Assembly (NCBI RefSeq): GCF_001194135.2
Contig: NC_068990.1
Coordinates: 65,335,214 to 65,399,213 of the forward strand
Source: Octopus bimaculoides
Taxonomy: Eukaryota
Length of the DNA: 64,000 nt
Direction of reading: 5' to 3'
The notes beneath the pieces were generated by a model. It ran no database searches. It was not told the DNA's origin and was given only the letters and a program-made list of their open reading frames with translations. How positions within the stretch are numbered: the first letter of the stretch is position 1; every line of letters begins with the position of its first letter. This document shows, piece by piece, positions 63,714 to 64,000 of this stretch. The position numbers and the translations under genes were made by a program.

Positions 63714-64000
63714 TAGATAGAATCTCTATCTAATTATTCTTTTATTTTCATTAGTCACATTTATTATGAGCTGAATACATCCAATTGTGGGTTTCCTAAT
63801 TATATTGACTTTCATAATTAGATTCATACGACTCCAGTGCCTATATATTCTTAGTCTCGTGCTCTATCTATCGATGTCATATGGTCGAACGCCGTGGATG
63901 TAAACAAACCAACATCTGCCTTATATATAATGCATGTGTGTTTGTCTATGTTAATGTGCATAAGCATAGATGTTTATATATACATATATATATATATATA

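Overview
Eukaryotic, AT-rich, repeat-dense draft-assembly DNA with many N gaps. The SINE, LINE and microsatellite landscape strongly resembles an octopus (coleoid cephalopod) genome; the species is an inference. There are no prokaryotic operons, CRISPR arrays or rRNA genes. The main content is one spliced protein-coding gene on the minus strand that the ORF track mostly misses. I reconstructed 11 coding exons by hand between 47745 and 235. All have GT-AG boundaries and compatible phases, giving 1375 nt (458 codons plus 1 nt) with no internal stop, and the gene continues past the left edge. The product has a signal peptide, 7 N-glycosylation sequons and two tandem ~200-aa domains that resemble the ependymin/LolA-type beta-sheet fold (inference). 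The introns hold RTE, Tx1/L1, CR1-like and Dong/R4 LINE fragments, a decayed Ty3/gypsy element, Tc1/mariner elements (DD34D and DD37D), hAT-type MITEs and several tRNA-derived SINE families. The most unusual items are four. (1) A ~670-bp foldback made of two tRNA-headed units whose tails carry decayed Penelope-type minimal hammerhead ribozymes. (2) A Tx1 deletion derivative enclosed in long inverted plus direct repeats. (3) A duplicated exon end and splice donor that creates a 72-nt open pseudo-exon. (4) A sharp switch from CpG-depleted gene body to CpG-retaining DNA at ~61.1 kb, which may be the promoter region.
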